From positions 38,254,001-38,318,000 of the forward strand of contig OX597819.1 of assembly GCA_951406725.2 (NCBI GenBank): DNA of 64,000 bases. The letters are read 5' to 3'. Within the stretch, counting starts at the first letter, position 1; each line of letters begins with the position of its first letter. This DNA comes from Octopus vulgaris (taxonomy: Eukaryota). Of the stretch, positions 12,734 to 25,541 are shown piece after piece. Position numbers and translations under genes: made by a program. The notes beneath the pieces were generated by a model. The model was given only the letters and a program-made list of their open reading frames with translations, was not told the origin of the DNA and did no database searches.

Positions 12734-13146
12734 CTCAGCAGTGGTCTCATGAAGCTCCTTCATGAGAAGTGTGTGAGGTTGGCCATGTTGCAATCTCGTG
12801 TATGCTGGTACATCCATAGCGCTGCTTCTAAGTGATGTATTTTACCAAATAATTTAGGAAAATGAATGAGTTATCTTTCTTGGCTATATATAAGGATTGC
12901 TTCCAGGGGCGAATGGGTTATTTTCCCTTGGTTTTTAAAATAAAATATATTAGATATATATAAGAATCCCTTCTAGGGGCCCTATTATCGATTTTCTTTC
13001 AACTATCTGAGTATGCCATGAGGTTTCCACACGAGAATTCTATTTACGTGTCAAGTTTCATCAAAATCTATAAAACGATGTGGGAGGAGTTAGCTAACAG
13101 CTCCACAAACACACCCACAGACAGAATTTCCCACATATGTAATAGA
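12734..13146 (-). mobile_element. Probable short non-autonomous Helitron
   Basis: Minus strand begins A|TCTATTACATATGTGGGAAATTCTGTCTGT. A perfect 10-bp hairpin at 12745-12767 lies near a degenerate terminus (CTCAGCAGT, versus CTAGCAGT for the reverse complement of the 8319 Helitron end). Confidence 0.45.
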
Positions 13147-13256
13147 TGTATATTCATATGTATATATTATTTATATTATTATTTAATTGAACGCCATGCT
13201 TCCATTTCCTAGTAGTTATATATACACACACACATGCGTGCATGCACACACACACA

Positions 13257-13646
13257 CTATGTGGTAAGAAGCTTACTTCCCAACCACATCATTCTGGGTT
13301 CAGTCTCACTGCATAGAATCTTGGGCACATGTCTTCCACTATAGCCTTGGGCCAACCAAAGTCTTGTGAATGGATTTGGTAGACAGAAACTGGAAGAAGC
13401 CCATTGTATATATATGTATATATTTGCGTGTGTTTGTGTCTGTGTTTGTACCCCACCATCACTCAACAATCAATGCTGGTGTGTTTATATCTCGTAACTT
13501 AGCGGTTTGGCAAAAAAAGAATAATTAGATAAGTACTAGGCTTACAAAGAATAAGTCCTGGGATTGATTTCTTTGACTAACACCCTCTAAGGCGGTGCTC
13601 CAGCATGGCCGCTGTCAAATGACTGAAACAAGTAAAAGAATAAAAG
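13257..13646 (+). mobile_element. SINE family A copy
   Basis: Same head, centre and tail as the reverse complement of 1992-2403. Confidence 0.85.
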
Positions 13647-15180
13647 TAAAAATATACATACATACAAATAAATAGACATACTATGGACTTAGTACAATTT
13701 TCATTTGCCAAATTCATTTGCAAGGCATTGGGGTGATAGAAGACTCTTGCCCATTGCACCGTATAAGCAAATTGCTTCTGCAGTTAAAATGAAATTTTGT
13801 TGGTCTATTGAAGCTCATTCAGTATGAAGTTATTCATATTTATTAGTTCATAGTCCCACTCAATAGTTACTTTAGTTACACCTTTATGCTTATATAAATC
13901 TCATTTGTCTTATTATTACTAATTTCCAACCCCCATCTTTTGACATTTCGTATTCAATGGATTAATTATATTTTGCTCCTAGACCTGCTATAAATATCGT
14001 TTCATATTTGTCCAGTTGCCTTGGTTTGCTTGCCTATTCAACCGATGAAAAATAGTCATAAAATTGTTTTAAAATATCATTCAAGAAATTCTGAAAAAAT
14101 ATAGAAACTGCTTTATGTAATCTTATTTGTTCCTATATCCTTGTAATCGTTGATTATGAATAGTGGATGAGGATTATGTTTCTTTTGCTTTCATACAAAA
14201 AAATATACAATTCTCATTGTCATTTGGTAAATATCCAACAGACTACAGTCAAAAGAACATGTGAGATTATTGTTCCAGTATTTCAAAAAGATAACCTTGT
14301 CAGACATTGAAACATTGCATATTAAATTTACTTCTCTACTTCATTAGTAGATTGCAGTTCTTTTCTAGTATTTCTCTAAAGAAGTAAATTATTTTAAATG
14401 TAAATTACATTAAAAGATAACAACAAAAGAAAACCCACTTAAATATAAACACCCTAACATGTATTGTGATTGCAATCCAAAATTATTTCAAAATTAATAA
14501 TTTAATCCTTTATAAATTAGAATTTAATCATCATTATTAATTCTCCATTATATTTTATAAATATAGTCACTCATAGATTGACTATTGTATTTACATTTAC
14601 ATTTTATTCATAAAATATAAATTTTAATATTTAATTCTTACTTAAGCATGAAGCCAGTTGTTGAAAGGAAAATCTATAGGTGATTTATTTGAATCCAATA
14701 TATTAGATATTTATTTTATTGTTCCAGAGAAGAAAGATAAAGTTAGTCCTGATGGTATGTGATATATCTCAGACCATAGAGACATTAAAATGGTGAAATG
14801 GCAGAGTTGTTACAATATCAGCAAAATTATCTGACTTTCTGCATTCTGAGTTAATATCCTACTGAGGTTAATTTTGCTTTTCACTCTTTTAGGGCAGATA
14901 AATATGTACTAATCCAAAGCAATGGATTAGTAGAATTGTAAGAAAATTGGACCAGCTGTCTTATGGCATTTTTAAATAATAATAATAATTATAATAATTG
15001 GGCTCCACCTGCAAGGTCAAGTGCTGTTTATCTTGATATGAGTTCACCATGTCGTGCACATATGGTTGTGATGCATGGGCCTAATCAGACGGGTAGTCAT
15101 AATGGGTATGTTGGGTTTCATAAATTTTACCCCTGGATCACTTTGATAGCATGCACTGCTCTCTCAATAACAACAACAAC

Positions 15181-15210
<30 letters not shown>

Positions 15211-15214
<4 letters not shown>

Positions 15215-15598
15215 TAAGTAAATATAAGGACCTGGAAATTGAAATACTAAAGATATGGCATCTTAAAGCAAGAACTGTTCCTGTTATTGTGGGTGCCTTT
15301 GGTATGATAAGAAAGAGATGTCAGAAACATCTAGATAATATCCCAGGAGAACCATGTCTCAGGGAAATCTAAAAGATTGTGCTGACAAGTACTGCCCACA
15401 TCCTTAGAAAAACCCTATCAATTTAAATATATGTGTTGTTTTACATGAAGATATTTCGCTACTGCTCCTGTCACTTTCCCTCTCCAAGTGTTCAGTCACA
15501 TTTTAATATCTCTTATCCTTCACTTGCTCTAGGACGTCCTAGCAAATGACTGTAACAAAAATGCAGATTAAAAGTAAATAATGATAATGATAATAATG
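15211..15598 (+). mobile_element. 3' end of a restriction-like-endonuclease non-LTR retrotransposon (R4/Dong-like)
   Basis: KLSKYKDLEIEILKIWHLKARTVPVIVGAFGMI..KIVLTSTAHILRKTLSI* matches the C-terminal RLE region (KY..L..E...VPV.VGALG). Flanked on both sides by (AAT)n, the known target type of Dong elements. Confidence 0.7.
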
Positions 15599-15719
15599 AA
15601 CTTGCCTAGCTCTCACTCCCCAATCCTGTCCTCATGACTCTGTTCCTCTGTGTCATTGCTATCTGGTAGCTCCCAACTCTATATATACCCAGGTTTAAAA
15701 GCAAAGGAAGAAAAGAAAC

Positions 15720-16040
15720 AGAGATGGGGATCATCAGGTGTATTGTTGCTGAATTTCAGGAAGCATGGAAGTTTTGAAGGATGTAGTGTCCTGACAGCTA
15801 ACAACTGATGGAGGTAATTTATTCCATGCTTCAGTAATTCAGATCATGAAAACGTATTTCCGAAAGTCATGGGTGCTGTGTTGTTTTTTGATTTTGTAAG
15901 CATGTCTATGAATGCTAGACATATGGAATTCAAAAAAGTGCCCAAGGTTTTTGTTGGAAAGATGGATAATTTTGTGGACATCTGCCAAGTGAGTTGCCAG
16001 ACATTGGAGCTTTAATGTGTCCATGCCCAAGGAAGCAAGA
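15720..16040 (-). mobile_element. CR1/L2-type LINE 3' fragment
   Basis: Diverged copy of 23755-24075 (LASLGMDTLKLQCLATHLADVHKII..HDFRK). Confidence 0.8.
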
Positions 16041-19000
16041 TGTTGCTCTGCATCTTTGTGTTCTGAGTTCAAATCTTGTCATGGCTTATCTGGATAGTAG
16101 ATTTCATCCCTTACCCATTTTATAACAACTAACTGGCACCTTGTGTGCCTGTTGGTGGTGTGTGCTTGTGTGCTTTTAGTCAAGTCCTCTCTGTTGCAAG
16201 CATTCAAGCTAAGACCCTGATTTGAAGATACGTTCCTTCCCCAAATCTTGGAAAACTCATAAATGTCATTGGTAGTACTTTTTCTCCTGACTAAAAAATT
16301 AAAAAAGAAAAAAAAGTCCTATTACATTTCCAAACCATATTTTTACAAATTTCTAGGAGAGGGCTGTTGTTGGCTGAATGAGCCCTGGCACATATCTGAT
16401 TTATTAAATTCATTAACTTGAAAGTTATGAAAAGCAAGGATTTGAACACAAACCACTACAAGTAAAAACCAAACTTCGTTAATAGCTTAAAACTGAATGG
16501 TCACATTGGCCAAAGTAATTCTAGACACACCATCATAATGCTGCTCAATCTGAACTGTCCTGGAAATGAATCACAATAAAACAATTAATTACAGTAAATC
16601 ATTTAGTTCAATACCTTATTTGTTTCTGGCATTATAGTTCCTTCCTTTATGCTTTTAAGCACTGAAAACTGTAATATTTTTGCTTTAATTTTCATCATAC
16701 TCCCTTCCCTCTTCAAAGCAAAGGAAGTAATTCTTTTTCACCTACTAACCAATATTTTTAGCATACTTGCATCTGTCTTTTGAGCTGCTGGGAGTCACCT
16801 TATGGATTTCATTTTGACGGAACTGGAAATTACTAATACATTAGAACTTGTATTATGAAATTATGCTTGGTACAGTGTAGAATTCTCACTAGGAAACTTG
16901 CTTTTTCACCAGCAGCTGTCCCTCATAATTTAGTGGTAAATAGAATTTAGACTGATCAGCTAACATAAAAATTCCTCAGATTGTGACATTTGTCATGAGA
17001 GCTAATATATTGAAATCTTCAGATTTTCTCTCTATTTGTAGTAAGACAGCTGCAAAAGATATATTTAGTGAAGAACAAACGTAACTTGAATTAGTTGTCT
17101 TAAAAACTGTACGTGATAGTTTCTCACATTTTTCATTACTCACCTGTCATATGGCTTATGAGATAGGTGTGAACAACAGTCTGAAGAATTGAATGTGCTA
17201 ACCTTAGTTTTTCTTTCAAGTTGTTGAGAATGAATTCTATAAGAATGTCCCACTAAGCCAGAAGATGTAATGTAATTGCGAAATAAATTGCAGGATATGA
17301 AAGAATTGACTCAATTTAAGGTAAACACTAAAATGAATAAGGTATTAATTATTTCTTGGAGCTTCGTGTTCAAATTTCAGAAAATGACCTTGATCAGTAT
17401 ATTGGAATGAAGTAGGAAAACAAAAATAATCAATATTACCTTGTTCGTGCACAAGAGGTATAGCATAATTACAAATAGATAAATATACTGATGCACTATG
17501 AACAACCAAAGCAATAATGTGGGAGCTGCTGTAATGTTTTCGCTAAAGGGAGTAAGTTCTGTTATTTAAATAACCTAGTTAGTTTGAAATTAGGCCCATT
17601 GATTAATGTATGAAATGCATGGAGGAAGTTTAAGGAAGTTGGCATAAATTATAAACTGCATCAGGTATCAGAATTGAACTATGAACACTGATTAGATATG
17701 TTTCATATTCTGTACGAAGGAAATTTAAAATTAGAAGAAGGTTTCGGTAAAAAGTAAAATGTAAGTTGGTAATAAATGATGAACATATGAGGAATGTCTA
17801 GGGCATCTAAACCATATATTAGAATGATGGGGTACTTACACTCATACTCACCAAGTGTTTAGGGTAAAAGAGAATTTAACTAGTGTTTGCTGTGACTAAA
17901 ACACTGAAATATTTTGGGTATTTTATTAGAAAATATGAGTTTGCAGAGACTGCTATTAGAAGGCAAAATAAATAGAAAAACAGGAAATGGGGTGAAAAAA
18001 ATCAATAGTTACTGGGATGGTTAATATCAAGAATGAATTACTGGTGTGTTATTACTGTTGTAACAAATTAATAAATCACTACAATTAATAATAATAAATT
18101 ATTATAGGTGACACTAATAAATTATTAATCAAACTGCCAAGAATGCATTAGATATGCAAATTGATCTATGAAACTTATTCAAGCCATTAGTAATAGTTGG
18201 TTTATAATCAATGTCAAAGGATTTTCAGTTGCTGAAACCAGCTTGAAACCAGCCTGGCTGATCCGCCTCTATCCATACATAAAGATATTGTATGTAAAAA
18301 CAAGGTATTTACATCTATCACTTGCACACAGCATTGGTTAAAAATTTATAGACATATTCTTTAACACAATGAAGCAATATGAAGAATTAACAAATTAAAA
18401 TGAAATAAATGTATAAGAACAACAACAGAAAGACTGAGATGGTATAGGGCATGCTACCAAGAGTGAACAGTACCTTATGGTAATGAGTGATGATAGTGGT
18501 GGTGTGCTCTGAACTGCATCTGTGATTATGGATAAATAACACAGTTAATTTCATACAGAAATATCACTCTTAATGAATTTATGAAAGTCTTGGGAAAGTA
18601 GATACAAATCTAGAATAAAAACCTAAATTTAAGAAATATTATTTTTTTTAACTTAGTTTCACTGAGGGTCAAATATACGACTGAATATTCAGTATATAAA
18701 AAAGCAAAATGTAAAGGATAACTAGATCAGTTCAACTCATGGTGGTACAGAAAAATATATGATGATAATGAAGATGGTGTTAAAGAAGAAATATGATTGT
18801 TCATTGTAAATATGAATTATAATTTTCATCTTTGCAAGTTATGGATACTTTTTCATCATAGTGTCTCAACAGATATTTAGTCTGTTTCCAAAACAGCATT
18901 CCAGGGACTATGATTCTCTTCAGGGTTAGAAAATGTTTCAATTCTCATAAATTTTTTTTAACTTTTTACAAAATCTCAAGTGTAACCCATAGAGTCTTGT

Positions 19001-19486
19001 TCATATACATCAGATGGTGATACAGATGGCATTTATGAAACAGAAAGAAAATGTATTTGGTTCATCAGTTCAAGCTTAACACACTAGCTTGCTACAATCA
19101 TTGGCTCAAACATACTGTTGTTTCCTCACATCCTCTTCTTTCTTAATTGTTTCTGTTTCTCACAACTAGGAAGTTCTATACTTCCATTGGATCATCTACA
19201 TTTTCATCATCTTTGCTGCATCATATCTCTTGCACATTGCATTTGTAGAATATATGGCTGTGAGCAAGCAACAACAACCAACTCCACTGGTCTGTTACTC
19301 TGACAGAGAACTACCAAAAAAAAACAAAACAAAAAGAAAACAAAAGAAAAACAAGAAGGTTTGAGGTCTGTTTATATAGTCAATGGATGGCAGGGAGAAA
19401 CTGCTGTCTCATTGGTCCTAATAAACCAGTGAAAAACTGTGAACAACCAAATCTTCATCTTGACTGCATGAGGGCTGTTACATTAA

Positions 19487-19694
19487 CCCTTTTGCATTCA
19501 GATTATTCTCTCAAAGCTAATTCTCATTTATTCACATTACTTTTAATTATTCATGCATCATCTGGTAGCTTTGAGATTTTGGTAACATGATTGTATGACA
19601 TTGTGAGGTAGATTTGAGAAGCCTGATCTGGCTAGTTTGAACATAAAAAGGTAAAATACTTGGGCCAGATATGACCATTTTAAATACTAAAGGG
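19487..19694. mobile_element. piggyBac-type MITE
   Basis: TTAA|CCCTTTTGCATTCA ... TAAATACTAAAGGG|TTAA; homologous to 44256-44478. Confidence 0.8.
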
Positions 19695-19743
19695 TTAAAA
19701 CTCAAGGTTGCTGGAAAGCTGCAACTGGTAAGCATAAACATGT

Positions 19744-20095
19744 CGGGTTGGTTGGTCGGGATCCCCCTTCGGTCACGACACTGACCATGGGATTGCACCT
19801 AGAAAGTTACCCTCCTAGTCACAAGTCTGGGCAAGGTGGTTTATGGAAGACCCGCAGTCGCCCATGCATACTGGCCTCCCCTCTCCACGCCTCCAGTGTT
19901 ATCCAAGGGAAAGGCAGCAGCTGATACAGCTTGGCACACGTGACGTCGCAACTCATTTCTACAGCTGAGTTAACTGGAGCAATGTGATATAAAGTGTCTT
20001 GCTCAAGAACACAACACGCAGCCCGGTCCGGGATTCGAGCTCACAACCTCACGATCGTAAGCTCGACACTCTAACCACTGAGCCATGCACCTTCA
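19744..20095 (-). mobile_element. tRNA-derived SINE (family B) with 11-bp TSD
   Basis: Minus strand has A-box TGGCTCAGTGG, B-box-like GCTCGAATCC, then TGTGTTCTTGAGCAAGACACTT. TSD CATAAACATGT at 19733-19743 and 20096-20106. Related heads at 37477 (+) and 47690-47870 (-). Confidence 0.85.
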
Positions 20096-20789
20096 CATAA
20101 ACATGTAAACAAAACAAAAAGTAGCAAAAACCAAAGGATTATATAAATATACCCCAGTTACAAATAGTGAATCAGAAAAGAAACTATGACAGAAACACAC
20201 TGCATGTGCATGATATGCAAAGTTTAAGTGGAGCTTATATGATGATTACACAACAGGAAAATGACATTTGCATGGTGTGTGTTTTCATTCAGGTAAATCT
20301 TGTTGAAAGTGAATGAGCAATAAGTATTATAGTTTTAGCATATGCACACAGTATATAAGCATGAGCCCATGTTCCTAGCTACTTGTGTGTTCTGGTGATA
20401 AATGAGCCACTTTGTGTGCATATGATCTTGAAAAGTTCTTTTGGCTGACATGTCTGACAGATATTGCTCTTGTTGGTTCAATAAACCATTGAAAATGGAA
20501 AATAATTAGAATTTTACTTTGTTTCATGAGGGGTCCTTTACACTGAACACTTCACCTAATTGTTCTTCTCCAAATATACATCCTTCTTTGAAATTCCCTC
20601 CTTGCTCATGATTTTCTTACAGGCAACAACCTAGAACAGTTAAAACTGTGTATCGACTTCCTTGGTGCCACCAGTTTGATACAGTCTGTGAAAGTCATAG
20701 GCACTGCACCTTTTCCTCCAATTATTAAAACAAGAAGTGATAGATGAAAAATTAGTCATAGTGAAAAAGATAAGTGAATAAGTTATCAG

Positions 20790-21218
20790 GGATCTTTTTG
20801 GTTTGACTGGCAGTTTTTTAAAATAATTTCCATCTAACTAAACACTTTTAAACTTCGTATACTGGTAGAATGTGTTTATACAACATCTATTTCTCTTGGC
20901 TTTATTGAGAAAATTCTATAGTTTGTAAGATATTTGTTGGTTTTTTTCTTCAATTTCTGCAATTTCAACCAATCAATGACGTCCATTGAGGTAAAAAAAC
21001 ATTCTGTGCCGTATTAATATGTCCCTCGTTTAAGAAACAGATTGGGTTTATTTACATTTGTGAAGAAAAAAAGATACCCTTCCCCCCACCCCTAACCCTA
21101 ACTAACCCTAACCCTAAAACAGATTGAAATGCAATAGATTGATACTAGGGTCATAATTATGGGTGACAATTTCATATGACACCGCTAGAAAAAACTGCTG
21201 GTCAAACCGAAAAGATCC
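20790..21218 (-). mobile_element. TTAGGG-carrying MITE (copy 2, inverted relative to copy 1)
   Basis: TIRs GGATCTTTTTGGTTTGACTGGCAGTTTTT / AAAAACTGCTGGTCAAACCGAAAAGATCC; perfect 8-bp TSD GTTATCAG (20782-20789, 21219-21226); CCCTAA repeats near 21090-21117. Confidence 0.9.
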
Positions 21219-22019
21219 GTTATCAGCCTCTTATTTCACGCTATAAAAGCTACCACTGTTGCTTTGTACTATTTATGATGAAAAGGGAAAAGTATCTAAG
21301 TTTTATTGTGTTTATCTGATTGTATAATGATCAATAAATTTATAAGTATCTGATATGACCTAATGTCTATCACAGATCTATAACAGTGAAGTGCCTTAAC
21401 TGGTATGAACTTAGGCTTTACATATTAGAAGAAATAAAACACTAAACCAAAACCACATCCCTTTGGTGGACAGCACAGACTGATAATCAAAATATTAATT
21501 AACATCGACTAGAGTAATTAATAATTGATGATAACCTAAGGATATTGAACAGTGTTGATTGAAACTCCACAAATATTTAATCTAATTTATTTGAATAGGG
21601 AAATCCATGAGAGAATATTAATAACAGAAAGGTTTTTATTTGAGTGAAACACAACAGGAAATCTAATAGTAATATTGATTTCATTGGTTAGTTGTGGCTT
21701 TGCTCAAAGTTTCTTCTGATTGAACAGATCTTTGATCAACTGCATAATTTTTTAGATGTAGCTATGCATGTAAGAAGCTTGTTCCTCAACCATGTGGTCT
21801 TGGGTTCAGTTCCGCTGTATTGCACCTTTAGCTAATGTCTTTTACTATAACCTCTGGCTAACTAAAGCTATGTGAGTGGATTTGGTTGGTGGAAACTGGA
21901 AGAAGCCTGTTGCATGTGTGTGTGTGTATATATATATATATATAAAAGGCATAGCATTAAATTAGAGATAAAACCAATTTAATTTATATATATATATACA
22001 TATATCATGATGATGATGA

Positions 22020-22055
<36 letters not shown>

Positions 22056-22268
22056 TAAATTGTGATAAAACCACTATTAGCAAATCAAACAATGAAAAAC
22101 ATAAGCCAAAACATAAACATAAATATAATTAATATAATATATAAAATTTAAAATTTAAATTATTTAAATTTATAAATTATATTTATAAATTTTTGTACTT
22201 TTTAAATATTTTTAAAATTTAAAATTATTAAATTTTTAAATTTTTAAATTAAAAAAAAATTTTAATTT

Positions 22269-22312
<44 letters not shown>

Positions 22313-22430
22313 TAGGTGAGAGTTGGGTGTGTTCAAAAGGATTTAAACTTAAACTACTTTATCCAGGGCAAAGCTTGTGCTGTCAAGTATGCCAACAAGA
22401 GAAATTCAATGAAGCTGATACGGCAAATGA

Positions 22431-22609
22431 AAAAATACAGAATAAAAGTACAGAATAGAGTCAGAAAATATATAATTTCATAACTCAACAGCTGTTTCAG
22501 AAAGCCTGAAGTTATGATTATAATGTAACTTTGGGCTTCTTGAAACAGCTGTCAAGTTAAAGAATTACATATTTTCTGACCTTACTCTGTACTTTTATTC
22601 TGTCTTTTT
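22431..22609. repeat. Long imperfect palindrome (~88-bp arms)
   Basis: AAAAATACAGAATAAAAGTACAGAATAGAGTCAGAAAATA..ACAGCTGTTTC is mirrored by GAAACAGCTGTC..TATTTTCTGACCTTACTCTGTACTTTTATTCTGTCTTTTT. Confidence 0.9.
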
Positions 22610-22713
22610 TGTGATTCATGTAAATGTATTTATATCAAGCCTATGTTTATCTCTCTTACTACCTCCTCCACTCTCTCTGTATATATGTATGTGTGTGTGT
22701 GTGTGTGTGTATA

Positions 22714-23017
22714 TAATGAATTTCATAAGCTTACAGTTGTTTCTGCTATAAGATATAATGCACTCATACCTTAGTGCTTGTATATCAGCTTATAGCTGTC
22801 AGAGTTTCAAAAATGGGGAAAGTATTTATATATATATATATATATCATCATCATCATCATCGTCGTTTAGCGTCCGTCGATGATGATGATGATGATATAT
22901 ATATATATATAAATACTTTCCCCATTTTTGAAACTCTGACAGCTATAAATTGATATACAAGCACTAAGGTATGAGTGCATTATAGCAGAAACAACTGTAA
23001 GCTTATGAAATTCATTA
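22714..23017. repeat. Near-perfect palindrome (~145-bp arms, 15-nt spacer)
   Basis: 22714-22862 is the reverse complement of 22878-23017 apart from a 7-nt indel and about two substitutions; spacer TCGTTTAGCGTCCGT. Confidence 0.95.
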
Positions 23018-23607
23018 CATAAATTCTTGCTCTCTTCTCACTTATTTAATTTCTTATATATATATGTGTTGTTGCCCCACTAGTGCTTGACAACTGATGT
23101 TGCTTTCATTACCTCCTCGTTACTTACCTGTTCAGTAAAAGAGACTGAAAGAATAAGTATTAGACTTAAAAGAAAAAGGTACTGAGATCAGTTTGTTCTG
23201 CTAAACTCTTCAAGATGAGCTCCAGCATGGTCACACACCAGTTACTGAAACAAAAGATACAACATAAAAGATGCAAATTACTATTGGCCAAAAAGACTTT
23301 GTAACTCTTTTTCTGCATGTAAAACTATCATCAATGATCAAAGCAAGCTGAAGAAGACTATGCTATGTTGATGAGGTGCAATAAGACAGAAACATTACTG
23401 TAGTTGTCACTATTTCCTGCTAACAAACATGGGTATGTTTCACAAAAGAGAAGTATGATTTACTTTATAATGGTAAAGCTATGTGGTTTAGAAGTTCATT
23501 TCACTATTACATGGGCTTAGGTTCAGTCTCACTGCTTGGTAACTTAGAAAAGTATTTTATTATAGCTTCAGTCAACCATTGTCTTTGAGCGAATTTGTTA
23601 GCTGGAA

Positions 23608-24525
23608 ATAATAATGATAATAATGAAATTATTGTATACAGTGCTCAGGTGCGCCACAACTTGTCAGGAAGTGCGTATAAAGTATATGCAGTAATGTACA
23701 AATGTCTGGAAAGCGAACAATGTATGAGTCAGATACATGCTTGCATGTGTATGGAGGGGAGAAAATCAGGTGTAGTGTTGGCGAATCTCAGAAAGCATGG
23801 AAGTTTTGAAGGATGCAGTGCTCCGACAACTAACAACTGATGCCGGCAGTTTGTTCCATGCTTCAGCAACTCTCAGCGTGAAAAAATGTTTCCGAAAGTC
23901 ATGGGAGCTGTGCTGTTTTCTGACTTTGTAAATATGTCCACGGGTGTTAGACAGGTGGAGTTTGAAAAGGTGCTCAGAGTTATTGTTTGTAAGATGGTTA
24001 ATAATTTTATGGGTGTCTGCCAAGTCAGCTGCCAGACATCGGAGTTTCAATGTGTCCATGCCCAGGGAAGTAAGGCGTTCAGAATATGGCAAATGCCTGA
24101 TGGAGGGTATTCTTTTGGTTGCACGTTGCTGAACGGCTTCCAGACGATTAATATCCTGGGCAAGATAGGGGTTCCAGACCGGTGATGCAAATTCCAGGTG
24201 AGGTCGCACCATAGCTATATAAAGTCACAGATAGATAGCCGGAGAGCGGCTCACAAAGGACTTGGTGAGTGATGCCAACACACCCTCAGCCTTCTTGGCA
24301 ATTTCAGTGATTTGTTTTGTCCAACGTAAATCGCTGTCGACAATAACACCCAGGTCACATTCACACAAAGACTTTTTGAGATTAGTGTTGTGGAGGGAGT
24401 AAGTAGATGCATGGTGGTACATTTGTCCACAGCCAGCTTGAGTTGCCAGTCCATGATCCACTGCTGCATTATGTCCAGGTCTGATTGCAATAGAGATCTA
24501 TAGTGTACAGGATCTGCATTGCAAC
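23608..24525 (-). mobile_element. CR1/L2-type LINE 3' portion inserted in an old SINE
   Basis: ORF 24212-23766 MVRPHLEFASPVWNPYLAQDINRLEAVQQRATKRIP..YSERL..TRGH..FFTLRVAEAWNKLP, with upstream CDLGVIVDSDLRW. (ATT)n-type tail near 23608. SINE head at 23478-23607 and tail at 24530-24800 flank it. Confidence 0.9.
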
Positions 24526-25243
24526 CCATTGAAATGTGTGTGTGTGTGTGTGTGTGTGTACGTGCATGCATGTGTGTGTGTACGTGCATGCATGTGTGTG
24601 TGTGTGTCTGTGTTTGTTTCTCAGCACTTGATGTCTGGTGTTGGTTTGTTTACATCTCCTTAAGTAAGGAGTTCAGGAAATAATGACTGACAAAATAAAC
24701 GCCAACCAGGTTTAAAATAAGTATTGGGATTGATTTGATCAACTAAAGAAAAAACCCTTCAAGATTGTGCTAGAGTATGGCAGCAGTTGAATGATTAAAA
24801 CAAAAAAAAATTTTTAAATATGAATTAAATTATTTATCATTTTTTTTTTACATAGAGAATATTCCTGATTAAATATACTATGAATAAATACATCATCTAA
24901 TTCTGAAATGTTTCTTAGCAACACTAATATAGTAGTGGCAGCAGCAATGGTAGCTAGAGTGGCGGCAGTGGTGGCAGCAGCACCAGCTGTAGATGCACCA
25001 CGTGTATTATTGAATAAGAAATCATTATTGAATATTTAATGTGTGTCATAGAAGTCACAAGTTGGCGAGTCACGTGCTGTATACATCAAGCACATGTGCA
25101 GTTCTAAATGTAGAATGTTTCTGAAATATGTAATGGAATATTTTCAAACATCTTCAAATACATTATCCTCATCTTTCAAAAAAAAAAAAGCAAAGACAAA
25201 AAACAGCTACACACACACATACATATGATATATATATACATAC

Positions 25244-25291
<48 letters not shown>

Positions 25292-25510
25292 CTAGATAGA
25301 TAGACAGATAGATAGATACACACATACACATATAATAAAAAAAATATTACTTGAAATAATAATAATGAAAGCTTGTGTGTATGTATGTGCTGTATATGTT
25401 ACAAAAATGATCACACACACACACACATATATATATATTGTATATATATATATATATATGTGCACACACACACACAAACATACACGATGTCTGAGTATGT
25501 GTGTGCATAA

Positions 25511-25541
<31 letters not shown>

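Larger units (their letters stand above)
21757..23270 (+). mobile_element. Old SINE family A split at its central microsatellite
   Basis: Head and centre at 21757-21910, tail at 23065-23270; about 1.1 kb of TA tracts and palindromic inserts between them. Confidence 0.6.

Noticed and set aside
17221-17320. Exon-like segment with AG/GT boundaries
   Set aside because: Stop codons in all three frames and no ankyrin similarity.
20020-20094. tRNA-like sequence with A and B boxes
   Set aside because: It is the head of a SINE with TSDs; no proper acceptor stem.
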